Below are positions 20,619 through 29,929 of a stretch of DNA of 64,000 nt, one piece after another. The number at the start of each line of letters is the position of its first letter. Positions within the stretch are counted from its first letter, which is position 1. Position numbers and translations under genes: made by a program. The DNA is taken from the NCBI GenBank assembly GCA_963719225.1, contig CAVRAY010000001.1, positions 288,001 to 352,000 on the forward strand. The letters run 5' to 3'. The stretch comes from Thermoanaerobaculia bacterium (lineage in GTDB: Bacteria > Acidobacteriota > Thermoanaerobaculia > UBA5066). The notes below the pieces were generated by a model. It worked only from the letters and a program-made list of their open reading frames with translations. It was not told the origin of the DNA and made no database searches.

Positions 20619-23357
20619 TCACGGCGCAGCGGGCGCCTTCGCGAAATCGCCCGCGCGGACGACCGTCAGTTTTTTGGGATCGAGACGCCGGCCCAGGGCG
20701 TCCCGGATCTGGTCGGGCTTGAGCTCGCCCACTTTCTTCTCGAAGTCCGCGTCCCATTGGAGGGTCCGGCCGAGATAGAGCTCGCCCGCGAGCGTGCTTG
20801 CGAGCCCCTGGTCGTTCGCGCGCTGCACCTGCCGGCTCTGCAGCCAGCCGGACTTCGCCTCCGTCACTTCCTGATCCGTGAACCCTCCCTCGAGCGCGCG
20901 GGCGATCTCCTCCCGAAGGGCCTTTTCCAGCTTCGCGGTGTTCTGCGGCGCGTGAATCGCGAAAACGCTGAAGCGGCCCGAGGCGTCGAGCGCGCGCGCC
21001 GAGAGCTGCGAGCCGACGCCGTAGCTCAGGCCCTCCTTCTGGCGGATGCGGACCGCGAGCCGCGAGTTGAGAAAGCCTCCGCCGAGCATGTAGTTGCCGA
21101 GGACGAGCGCCGGGTAGTCGGGATCGGAATCTTTAAGAGCGAGGTTCATTCCGGCCAGGAAGACCGCGTTCGCCTTGTCGGGCGCTTCGAGCTTCTCGCT
21201 TCCGGCGGGCACGTCGTGGAACGGACGCTCGATCCGCGCGTACGGCTTCGGCGCCGCCCATCCGTCGAGGAGGGAGCGGACGAGATCGGACGTCTCTTTC
21301 GCGTCGAAGTCGCCGACGACCGCGAGCTCACCGTGCGAGGCGCCGAGGAAGCCGGCATGGAACTCCTTCGCCTGGGCGACGGTCGCGGCCTTGTACTCGG
21401 CGATGAGCTCGTCCAGCGTGGGCTCGTAACGCGCGTCCTCCTTCGCGTACGGCGCGAGGCGCCGCGCGATCGCCCGCTGCGCCATCGCCTGCGGCTCGCT
21501 CCTTTCCTGCTCGAGACCGGCGAGGTTCTCCTGCCGGAGCTGCTCGAACTGGTCGGCCGGGAACGTCGGCTGCCGAAGGGCCTCCGCGAGGAGCTTCAGA
21601 GTCCCGGGGAGGCTCTCGCGGACGGTTTCGACGCGCGCGCGAACCGTGTCGAGATCTCCCGAGATCGAAAGCCGCGCTTTCAGCTTGTCCAGCGCGTCCG
21701 CGAACTGCTGTCGGGTATGGACCGCGGTGCCGCGGGTGAGCATGTCGATCGCGAGGTCACTCGCGGCCCGCCTGCCACGCAAGCTGGCCTCGGTGCCGCC
21801 GTGGAGCGACAGAATCGCCACGACTGTCCCGCCGCGCGTCTTCTTCGGAAGCAGCGCGAGCTTCAGGCCGCCGGGCAGGGTCGACCGCTGCGTGCGCGCC
21901 TCCACGCTCGCGGGGGAGGGATCGAAGACCTCGCCTGCCGCGATCGCCTTGTCCCCGGCGTAGCCCTGGAGCAGCGCCGACGCTTCGGGCGCCTGAGGCA
22001 CCTCGGCCCGGTCCGGCTTCGCGGTCGGGAGGAACTCGCCGAGCGTCCGGTTGGAGGCCTTGAGGTACTTGACCGCGACGCGCTGCACGTCCTCGGCCGT
22101 CACCTTCCGGATGCGGTCGCGGTTCAGGAAGAAGAGCCGCCAGTCGCCTTTCGCGATCCATTCCGAGATCTGCAGTCCCACGACCTCGGACTGGTTGAGC
22201 GCGAGCTCGAAGTCCTTCAGCGACTTCGTGCGCGCGCGTTCCAGCTCCTCCTTGGAGACGGGCGTCGCGGCGAGGACGTCGATCGTCTCCAGGAGAGTCT
22301 TTTTCGCGTCCTCGAGAGGCTTCTCCTGCCTCACCTCTGCGCCGAAGAAGATGAGCCCCGGCTCCCGGAGGTTGAAGGCGAACCCGAATGCCGAGGACGC
22401 CTTCTGCGTCTCGACGAGCGCCTTGTGCAGACGGCCGGCGGGAGTGTTGCCGAGCACGTACGCGAGCATCTGGAGCGGAACCGCGTCCTCGTGCAGCCCG
22501 GAAGGCACGTGATAAGCAGCGATGAGGACCTGCTCGTCTCCCACGCGGCGCAGCGTCACTTCTCTCTCGCCGTCCTGCACGGGCTCGACCGTGTACGTGG
22601 GGATCAGGACGCGCTCGGGCTTCGGGATGGACCCGAACGTCGTCGCCACGAGCACGAGGACTTTCGCTTCCTCGAACCTGCCCGTGACGGTCAGGACGGC
22701 GTTGTCGGGCTGGTAGTAGCGCCTGTAGAACGCCTGCAGGCGCTCGATGGGGGCGTTCTCGATATCCGAGCGCGCCCCGATCGGCAGGTGACGGTAGTTC
22801 TGCTCCTGGTAGGCGGCCGCCAGAAGGCGCTTGATGAGGACGGTCTGCGGGTTGTTCTCGCCGGACTCGTATTCGTTTCGCACGACCGTCATCTCGGTGT
22901 CGAGATCCTTCTTCCAGACGTGCGAGTTCACCATCCGGTCAGCCTCGAGCTCGAGCGCCCACTTCAGGTTCTCGTCCGTCGCCTGGAAGGTCTCGAAATA
23001 GTTCGTCCGGTCGAACGACGTCGTGCCGTTCGGCCGTGCGCCGTGGGCCGTCAGCTCCTGCGGGATGTTCGGGTGCTTGTCCGTCCCCTTGAAGACCATG
23101 TGCTCGAGGAGGTGGGCCATGCCGGTCTCGCCGTAGCCTTCGTGTCGGGCGCCGACGAGGTACGTGATGTTCACGGTGATCGTCTGCTTGGTGGGATCCG
23201 GGAAGAGAAGGATCCGAAGCCCGTTGGCGAGCTTGTATTCCGTGATCCCTTCGACCGAGGTCACCCGCTGCGGCTCCCCCGCGGCGCGCGCCGTGACCGG
23301 GAGAGCGAGGACGACGGCGAGGGCGAGGATGGTATGAAGGCGGAAGGCTCGCGGCAT
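20619..23357 (-). CDS. M16-family zinc protease (PqqL-like), secreted
   Basis: Signal peptide; HLLEH inverted zinc motif; SRL..IRQKEGLSYG. Confidence 0.93.
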   Translation of the reverse strand: MPRAFRLHTILALAVVLALPVTARAAGEPQRVTSVEGITEYKLANGLRILLFPDPTKQTITVNITYLVGARHEGYGETGMAHLLEHMVFKGTDKHPNIPQELTAHGARPNGTTSFDRTNYFETFQATDENLKWALELEADRMVNSHVWKKDLDTEMTVVRNEYESGENNPQTVLIKRLLAAAYQEQNYRHLPIGARSDIENAPIERLQAFYRRYYQPDNAVLTVTGRFEEAKVLVLVATTFGSIPKPERVLIPTYTVEPVQDGEREVTLRRVGDEQVLIAAYHVPSGLHEDAVPLQMLAYVLGNTPAGRLHKALVETQKASSAFGFAFNLREPGLIFFGAEVRQEKPLEDAKKTLLETIDVLAATPVSKEELERARTKSLKDFELALNQSEVVGLQISEWIAKGDWRLFFLNRDRIRKVTAEDVQRVAVKYLKASNRTLGEFLPTAKPDRAEVPQAPEASALLQGYAGDKAIAAGEVFDPSPASVEARTQRSTLPGGLKLALLPKKTRGGTVVAILSLHGGTEASLRGRRAASDLAIDMLTRGTAVHTRQQFADALDKLKARLSISGDLDTVRARVETVRESLPGTLKLLAEALRQPTFPADQFEQLRQENLAGLEQERSEPQAMAQRAIARRLAPYAKEDARYEPTLDELIAEYKAATVAQAKEFHAGFLGASHGELAVVGDFDAKETSDLVRSLLDGWAAPKPYARIERPFHDVPAGSEKLEAPDKANAVFLAGMNLALKDSDPDYPALVLGNYMLGGGFLNSRLAVRIRQKEGLSYGVGSQLSARALDASGRFSVFAIHAPQNTAKLEKALREEIARALEGGFTDQEVTEAKSGWLQSRQVQRANDQGLASTLAGELYLGRTLQWDADFEKKVGELKPDQIRDALGRRLDPKKLTVVRAGDFAKAPAAP

Positions 23358-23480
23358 GAAATCCTCCATCGGCCCGCGGTTCAGACGTGCCGATCGGCAA
23401 CCATATCGCAAAGCTGGAGCGCCAAGTCCCGCGCACGTTTGCACGTTGGACGAGCGGTGGCCGCGCCACTTCCCCATGAC

Positions 23481-24416
23481 GTGACCAGCAAGCTCGCCGT
23501 TGTCGTGACGCTCCTTGCGATCGGCGTGAGCCCGCGCGGTTCAGCGGCAGAGAACGAAGGTTCCGCAGGCACCATCGTCCGCCCGTCTCAATGGACGCCG
23601 ACGTCCCGCGTCGGGGCGCCGCCTCCTCTCGTGAATCCATTCGCGGTCTGGACCGGATCGAGAATGCTGGTCTGGTCCAATGGCGGCGGGCTCTACGACC
23701 CCGAGACCGACAGCTGGACCACGATCTCGAAGACGGGTGCACCAAGGTTCGTTGGGGGGGTCATCGCCGCTGCATGGACGGGTTCGCGCATGTTTGGGGA
23801 GAGACGGAGTCCGGACCGCGGGCGCGTGGTACGAACCGGAAGGCGATCGATGGGGTCCCATCTCTTCGGCGCCGTTCCTGTCAGGGCGACGCTTCGTTTC
23901 CACGGTCTGGACCGGTTCCCGGGTGATCGTGTGGGGCGGCTTGGGCTCCGCGTTTTTCAACGCTGGACGCCGTTTCCCTCGGACTATCCGATGACGGGGC
24001 CCAGGTGTGATTCCACGCTCGGCGGGTACAGGATCTCGCCGACGCTCGTGTGGACCGGCCGCACGATGGTCGCGTGGGGCGGTCATTGTTCGAGAAGAGG
24101 CGGGATCTTCGACCCGGAGTCGGGACGTTGGACGTCGACCCCGCTCCTTGGGGCACCGGCTGGAAGATACGGACACGCGGCAGTCTGGACCGGTACGAAG
24201 ATGATCGTCTGGGGCGGGAACGACTTCTGGCAAGACCTCGATACGGGCGGCGTCTGGAATCCCGTTCCGGAACGCGAGGAGCGTCGCGGGCCCGCGCGCG
24301 TCGGTGGGGAAGAGATCCCCTTAGGTCCTGGGCTGAATGGGGAGAAAAAGTTGGTACCGCGTACGGGATTTGAACCCGTGATCTCCGCCTTGAGAGGGCG
24401 GCGTCCTAACCGCTAG
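23481..24416 (+). pseudogene. Kelch-like (WTG..M.VWGG) repeat protein gene with compensating frameshifts
   Basis: Signal peptide and repeats in frame 0; one repeat (about 23800-23975) reads only in the +1 frame; the ORF runs on antisense into tRNA-Glu. Confidence 0.65.
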
Positions 24417-24427
24417 ACGAACGCGGC
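24352..24427 (-). tRNA. tRNA-Glu (CTC)
   Basis: Cloverleaf; anticodon arm CCGCC-CTCTCAA-GGCGG; GTTCAAATCC; encoded CCA. Confidence 0.96.
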
Positions 24428-24506
24428 ACATCCCGATTTCGGGGGGCTCTTCGGCCCGCGGGGAGGCGAAATCTAGCATGCGGCCGTTCGGAGGCACAAT
24501 CCCGGC

Positions 24507-25580
24507 ATGGAATTCGGCATCCTCGGGCTCGAGCTCTCGGGCAAGACGACTCTCTTCTCCCTTCTGACCCGCCACCAGACAGCCGCCGCGCCGCACAAGC
24601 GCGAGGCGCACGTGGGCGTCGCGCACGTGCCCGATCCGCGGCTCGACAGGCTGACCGCGATGTTCAAGCCGAAGAAGCACACGCCCGCGACCGTGAAGTT
24701 CGTGGACGTGCCGGGCGTGACGAAGGGCGGCGGACAGAGCCTGAACCTCCCCGAGCTCCGGATGATGGACGGTCTCGCGGTCGTCGTGCGGGGCTTCACG
24801 TCCGACGCGGTCCCACATCCCGAAGGCTCCGTCGATCCCGCGCGCGACCTCGAGCTTCTCGAAACGGAGATGCTCCTCGCCGACCTTTCGGTCGTCACGA
24901 ACCGGCTCGAGCGCGTCCTCAAGGACATCGCCAAGAAGAAGACGCCCGAGCTCGAGTCGGAGAAGAATCTCCTGACGCGCTTCCGGGACGCGCTCGACAA
25001 GGGCGAGCCCCTCAGGCCGTTCGAGGTCTCTCCGGACGAGGAAAAGCTCGTGCGCGGCTTCGGACTCCTGACGCGGAAGCCGATGCTCGTGATCCTGAAC
25101 GCGAGCGAGGACGAAGCTTCGGATCTCGCCGGGGCGCTCCAGCGCGCGAAGCTCGACAAGTGGAAAGGGCAGCCGAAGGTCGCCTTCAGCGAGGTCTCGG
25201 CCCCGATCGAGCAGGAGATCGCCGCGATGTCGTTGGAGGACCAGGCCGAATTCCTGAAAGGCCTCGGCCTTCCGGACCGCGCGCTCGACCGGCTCCTCCA
25301 CGCCGCGTACGACCTCCTCGGCCTCGTCTCGTTCCTGACCGCGGGCGAGGACGAATGCCGGGCGTGGTCGATCCCGCGGGGGACGCACGCCGCCCAGGCG
25401 GCCGGCGTCATCCACACCGACTTCGAGAAACACTTCATCCGCGCCGAGGTCGTGCCCTTCCAGACGCTCGTGGAAACAGGCTCGCTCGCCGCATGCCGCA
25501 CGCACGGCACGCTGCGTCTCGAGGGCCGCGACTACGTCGTGAAGGACGGCGACGTCATCAATTTCCGGGTGTCGGCCTAG
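24507..25580 (+). CDS. ychF: YchF/Obg-family ATPase
   Basis: P-loop GLELSGKTT, VPDPRLD, AAGVIHTDF, FIRAEV, EGRDYVVKDGD. Confidence 0.9.
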   Translation: MEFGILGLELSGKTTLFSLLTRHQTAAAPHKREAHVGVAHVPDPRLDRLTAMFKPKKHTPATVKFVDVPGVTKGGGQSLNLPELRMMDGLAVVVRGFTSDAVPHPEGSVDPARDLELLETEMLLADLSVVTNRLERVLKDIAKKKTPELESEKNLLTRFRDALDKGEPLRPFEVSPDEEKLVRGFGLLTRKPMLVILNASEDEASDLAGALQRAKLDKWKGQPKVAFSEVSAPIEQEIAAMSLEDQAEFLKGLGLPDRALDRLLHAAYDLLGLVSFLTAGEDECRAWSIPRGTHAAQAAGVIHTDFEKHFIRAEVVPFQTLVETGSLAACRTHGTLRLEGRDYVVKDGDVINFRVSA

Positions 25581-25609
25581 GAGCCTTCCTGATTGATCAC
25601 CCCGCGCCC

Positions 25610-26458
25610 ATGAGATCCGGACGTCGGGGGGTCCCTACGTTCGGCGTGGGGATGCTGGTCGTGCTTCTCCTGGTGGTGTTTCAGCTAGCCGTGGCAATCG
25701 CGGTGGTCATCGGCACGGCGGTGCTGAAGGTGAAGCGCAATGACACGGTGTCGCTGGTCGTCGACTTCTGGGTGGTATGCGTGGCTGCCTTACTCGTGCT
25801 CGTCTGGGCGAGCGGCGCGCGCCGCGAGCCCCTGCGGCCGCTCATGGTCCCGAACCCCGTCGCGCCCGTGTCCCTTGTGCTCGCGCTCGTGGCGACCCTC
25901 GGAGCCTACGTCGTACTGTCGCAGGTCGACAACTGGGTGAACTGGCTTTTCCCGCCCGGACCCTTCATGAGTGAACTCTGGTCCCTCCTCGAGCGGGGAA
26001 GCCTACCGCTGATTCTCGCCGTCGTCGTCCTTGCGGGTCCGGTGAGCGAGGAGCTGATCTTCCGCGGCGTCCTTCTGCGGGGGTTCCTCGAGAACTATCG
26101 TGCGTGGGTCGCGATCCTCCTTTCGAGTCTCCTCTTCGCCTTCATTCACCTGAACCCGTGGCAGGGCGTGTCCGGGTTCTTCATCGGCTGTCTCTTCGCC
26201 TGGTTCGTCGCCAGGACGGGGTCGCTCCTCCCGGCGATCACGGGCCACATGATGAGTAACGGGCTCTCGGTGGTCGTTTGGCGCTTCCGCGCGATTCTAG
26301 GGATTACGATGGAAGGATTCCCTCCCTGGTGGCTGACCGCGCTGGGCGTCCTCGTGACAGCGGGGGGCCTCGTCGCGTTCCACCGCGCGACGCGGGTCGA
26401 ACGGAATGCGAGCGCCGAGGTGGTGGCGTCCGCCCGCCGGACACTTGAACTACCGTGA
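25610..26458 (+). CDS. CPBP (CAAX/Abi) intramembrane metalloprotease
   Basis: EELIFRG, FAFIH, H..SN motifs; multiple TM segments. Confidence 0.9.
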   Translation: MRSGRRGVPTFGVGMLVVLLLVVFQLAVAIAVVIGTAVLKVKRNDTVSLVVDFWVVCVAALLVLVWASGARREPLRPLMVPNPVAPVSLVLALVATLGAYVVLSQVDNWVNWLFPPGPFMSELWSLLERGSLPLILAVVVLAGPVSEELIFRGVLLRGFLENYRAWVAILLSSLLFAFIHLNPWQGVSGFFIGCLFAWFVARTGSLLPAITGHMMSNGLSVVVWRFRAILGITMEGFPPWWLTALGVLVTAGGLVAFHRATRVERNASAEVVASARRTLELP

Positions 26459-26492
26459 CGGCGACCGCAGTTCGTGCCGTCCGCGAGGGCGC

Positions 26493-26532
26493 GGGACCGG
26501 GGACGGCACCACGTCGGTGACGCCCCGGTCCC
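26493..26532. terminator. GC-rich hairpin between convergent genes
   Basis: GGGACCGGGG ... CCCCGGTCCC inverted repeat; no clear U tract. Confidence 0.4.
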
Positions 26533-26552
26533 CGCCTTCCCGTCTAAACGGG

Positions 26553-27455
26553 CTATTTCTTGGCCAGCTGGTCGGCCATCTTTTTCAGCGACGCGATCTC
26601 GCGCTGCAAGCGCGCTCTGAGCTGATCCGGAGGCAGTGCCGCGAACATCCGAGCGACGAAACCTCCCCAGGGATCGCCGGGCCCGCCCGGTCCGAACGGC
26701 CCCTCACCCTCGGCGCCCTTCTTTCCCCAGAACTCGGCCCAGTAATCGAACGCGGCCTCGTAGAAGTTCTTGCCGACGACGCGGTGCCCGACGCTGTGGC
26801 CGAAGAAGGCGAGCACGAGGGCGCTCTTGCCCTTCGCGCACGACGCCACCTTCGTCATGGCGTCGATCGTGACGGGGCCCACGACGGGCTGCCAGTACTT
26901 GAAGTCCTTCGGCGGCTCGCCCGGCGGCTGCGTGCTCAACGGCGCGGGGAAATTGAGATGCGTTTTCGGCGTCGCGGTGACCGCGGCCGCCGATGTGAAG
27001 ACGCTGTGGTTATTCGGCCCCGCCCAGGCTGCCTTGGGAGTCGCCGAGAAGATCGGCGTCTCCTTGCGGAAGCCGTTCAGGTCGACGTCGAACGAGCGGC
27101 AGCGGAGGTTGGGCTCTCCGCCGTCGCCTGGGCCGCCCGGGGCGTACCAGGCCGTGGCGTGGACGACCGTGCCGGGTGGCTGCAAGGGAACGTTGAGCTT
27201 GCGCTGCGGATCCGCCGTCGGGTAGCCGGGCAGCGCGTCGGTGCCGTTCGTGGCGTTCCAGAAGACGAAGTCGAGGCCGTCATACGTGGCGGGCGCCGGG
27301 AAACCCACCACCGGGTCGCCGACGCTGCCGAAGTTCTCGAGCTCGATGCTCCCCGGATCCGACGAGCTGCCCTCCAGCTCCCACACGTTGTTGTTGTCGT
27401 CTTCGTTTGGACCACCCCAGGAAATCGAACGAAAGTCGATCAAGACCGTTCCCAC
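26553..27455 (-). CDS. Hypothetical protein (beta-rich, helical C-terminal tail)
   Basis: AAGGAGGT RBS before GTG; GC3-biased codons; follows the protease gene by 29 bp. Confidence 0.8.
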   Translation of the reverse strand: MGTVLIDFRSISWGGPNEDDNNNVWELEGSSSDPGSIELENFGSVGDPVVGFPAPATYDGLDFVFWNATNGTDALPGYPTADPQRKLNVPLQPPGTVVHATAWYAPGGPGDGGEPNLRCRSFDVDLNGFRKETPIFSATPKAAWAGPNNHSVFTSAAAVTATPKTHLNFPAPLSTQPPGEPPKDFKYWQPVVGPVTIDAMTKVASCAKGKSALVLAFFGHSVGHRVVGKNFYEAAFDYWAEFWGKKGAEGEGPFGPGGPGDPWGGFVARMFAALPPDQLRARLQREIASLKKMADQLAKK

Positions 27456-27484
27456 GATGAACCTCCTTCTTTAGGTTTGTCTCT

Positions 27485-29689
27485 TCACTTGCCCCTGGAG
27501 ACCGTCGTCGTCAGAAGCGAATTCGGCAGGAGATCGGGCCGGAGGCTGGAGCCCGGGGTTCGCGACTCCGCCTCCTGCTTGAGGTCGCGCTCGGCGCGCG
27601 CGTACGTGGCGTCGAGCTCCGCGAGGGCGGAGGCGAGACGCGGATCGGCGGCCTTCCGCTCCTCGGCGAGGTCGCGCCGCGCTTCGCGGAGCTGCTTGCG
27701 GCGGGCCTCGAGGACGGCGGTGGCGAAGGACGCTTGCGCGGCGCGGCGCGTCTTCTCGTACGTCCCGTCCGTGAGCGACTCCCGCGTGAGCGACGAGAAG
27801 GTCTCCAGGGCCTTCCGGCGCGCGCCCTCCACGTCGTCGTGGAGCGTGCGCGCGAGCTCGAATCGCCGCGCGCTCAGCCGGTCGAGGGCCGCGTGAGAGG
27901 ACGCGGACAGACCTTTCGGGGGTCGCAGCTTCAGGACGCTCTTTTTCGCCTCCGGCATCGGCTTCGGGGCCGCCCCGAACGGGTGGCCGCCGGGGAAAGG
28001 AGTCTTGATCGCGATCGCCGCGGTGGGGGTCGGCGTCGGCCCCGGGGTCCGCGCGAACGTCGGCGCGCCCGGGAACGGCTTCTTGATCGTCATCCCGCAC
28101 GTCGGGTTCCGCTTCATGAACTCCGCGCGGTACTCGTCGACCGAGTGGAAGGAGTTCGGGCCGGCGTCCTTCATCGTCTGCCAGAGGCGCCCGAAGCCGC
28201 CGCACGTCTGTGCGAGGTTGAAGAGCTGGTTCGCGACGTCGCCCTCGACGTCGTCGCCCGAAGGCGAGCCCCACGTGCCGTTCGGGACGAACGTGCCGGT
28301 CGCGGCGGGGTTGAATGCGCTCGTGGTGAAGTAGGCCCACCCTTCGTTGAACGCGAAACCCTCGTTCGACACGTCCGTGGGGGAGTGGCTCCGCGCGTAG
28401 ACGAACCGGGTCGCGTCGTGGTTGAAGTGGTCGCGCCCGCCGTCGGCCGCGTGGCGGAGGCGGTGCCCGAACTCGTGGTCGAACGAATCGAAGCTCGTGG
28501 TCTTCGGGCCGTGGTAGGGCCAATGGATGGTGTCCCATGTGGTGTAGGGAGATTCCCCGATGAAGACGGTCGGGTATTCGACGCCGACGAGGCCGTCGTG
28601 GCCCGGAACCCGCGTGTCCCCGGTCAGCTTTTTGTTCAGGTCCACGAAGTTCTGGTACGCGCGCTGCGCGCGGAAGTAGAGGATCGCGTCGAGCTCGGCC
28701 CCGGACCAGTCCTGCTCGCCGAACTCCGCGTCGCCGCACGTGTTGACCATCGTCTCGGTCCTTCGCCGCGCGGTGTTCTCGAGAGGGTCCTTCACGTCCA
28801 CGCGGTGCGGCTCGCGGAGCACGAACTCGACGTAGGGATCGGGGCGCTTGCAGCCCGCGCCGATGCAGTTCGAGTCGCTGCCCTTGCCGGTGAGGTCGAA
28901 CCGGCCCTGCGCGTCCGTGAACCCGCGCGACATCTCGTGGTCGGTGGGCCCGAAGTCCTCGTCCATGAGCTTGACCCGCACGCGCGCGAATGGCTGTCGC
29001 ACGCCGCTCTCGTCCGTGAAGAAGAGCCGGCCCGTCGCGCGGACGGACTGGCACACGGAGGCCGGGTCGGGCGCCGCGGTCTTCAGGAAGAACGTCCAGC
29101 TGATCGCCCCGCTCATCGAGCGCGCGACGCGCACCTGGTCGAACGGGACGTCGTTCGCCGCGCGCTCGTTCGTGCTCCCGCACTTGAAGAGGAGCTCGTT
29201 CGTCGCCTTCGGGAGGTCCGCCGTGAGCGCCTCGCTCGCCTTGACGCTGACCTTGCCGTTCAGGCCGTCGAACGTGACGAGGTTTCCCTTGTCGCAGCCG
29301 TCCTGCGTGTCGCCCGTCTTCGACGAGGTCCCGGGCTTTCCGGTCGCCTTCGGATCGGGAGGCAGTCGGAAGAATGTCCACGTCATCGCGCCGTTGGCCA
29401 CGCGCTTCAGGCGCACGCGGTCGTACGGCTCGTCGTTCGACGAGAACTCCTGCGAGTCCCCGCAGAACCACTCGATCTCGCGCACGGGAGCCGTCAGGTC
29501 CCGCGTCTCCTCGCCGTTCGCCTTCACCGTGACCTTCTCGCCGCCCTTCGCCCGGAACGTGACGACGTCCGACTTGTCGCATTTGTCTTTCGTGTCGCCG
29601 ACTTCCGTCTGGGCCGACGCGGCCAGGGAGATTCCTGAGAGGAACAGAAAAGTCAGAATCGTGCGCGAAAGGTCTCGTCGATTTCCCAT
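27485..29689 (-). CDS. Secreted multidomain zinc metalloprotease (gluzincin-like)
   Basis: Signal peptide; two repeats of about 80 aa; transthyretin-like segment; HEFGH + NEGWA; Pro-rich linker; coiled coil. Confidence 0.8.
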   Translation of the reverse strand: MGNRRDLSRTILTFLFLSGISLAASAQTEVGDTKDKCDKSDVVTFRAKGGEKVTVKANGEETRDLTAPVREIEWFCGDSQEFSSNDEPYDRVRLKRVANGAMTWTFFRLPPDPKATGKPGTSSKTGDTQDGCDKGNLVTFDGLNGKVSVKASEALTADLPKATNELLFKCGSTNERAANDVPFDQVRVARSMSGAISWTFFLKTAAPDPASVCQSVRATGRLFFTDESGVRQPFARVRVKLMDEDFGPTDHEMSRGFTDAQGRFDLTGKGSDSNCIGAGCKRPDPYVEFVLREPHRVDVKDPLENTARRRTETMVNTCGDAEFGEQDWSGAELDAILYFRAQRAYQNFVDLNKKLTGDTRVPGHDGLVGVEYPTVFIGESPYTTWDTIHWPYHGPKTTSFDSFDHEFGHRLRHAADGGRDHFNHDATRFVYARSHSPTDVSNEGFAFNEGWAYFTTSAFNPAATGTFVPNGTWGSPSGDDVEGDVANQLFNLAQTCGGFGRLWQTMKDAGPNSFHSVDEYRAEFMKRNPTCGMTIKKPFPGAPTFARTPGPTPTPTAAIAIKTPFPGGHPFGAAPKPMPEAKKSVLKLRPPKGLSASSHAALDRLSARRFELARTLHDDVEGARRKALETFSSLTRESLTDGTYEKTRRAAQASFATAVLEARRKQLREARRDLAEERKAADPRLASALAELDATYARAERDLKQEAESRTPGSSLRPDLLPNSLLTTTVSRGK

Positions 29690-29929
29690 TTGTTTTCCTC
29701 CTTGCGCTGGCCGATCGAGACGACAGAAGAAGAACGCGGGAAACGTAACGTCCGCTTTTCGATCTCTTTGTCCGTTCCCCTCTCAGGAACGAGAGGTCTG
29801 GCCTCAAAATATACCGAGACGCAGTATCAAAGTGAACCCCCCGCGGTTCCGCTTGCCGCCGGATGAGGCAAATGCCTCATGCCCGCTTTCGGCTCGGAGC
29901 CCACGTTGAAAGCGGAGGGGATTGCGATC

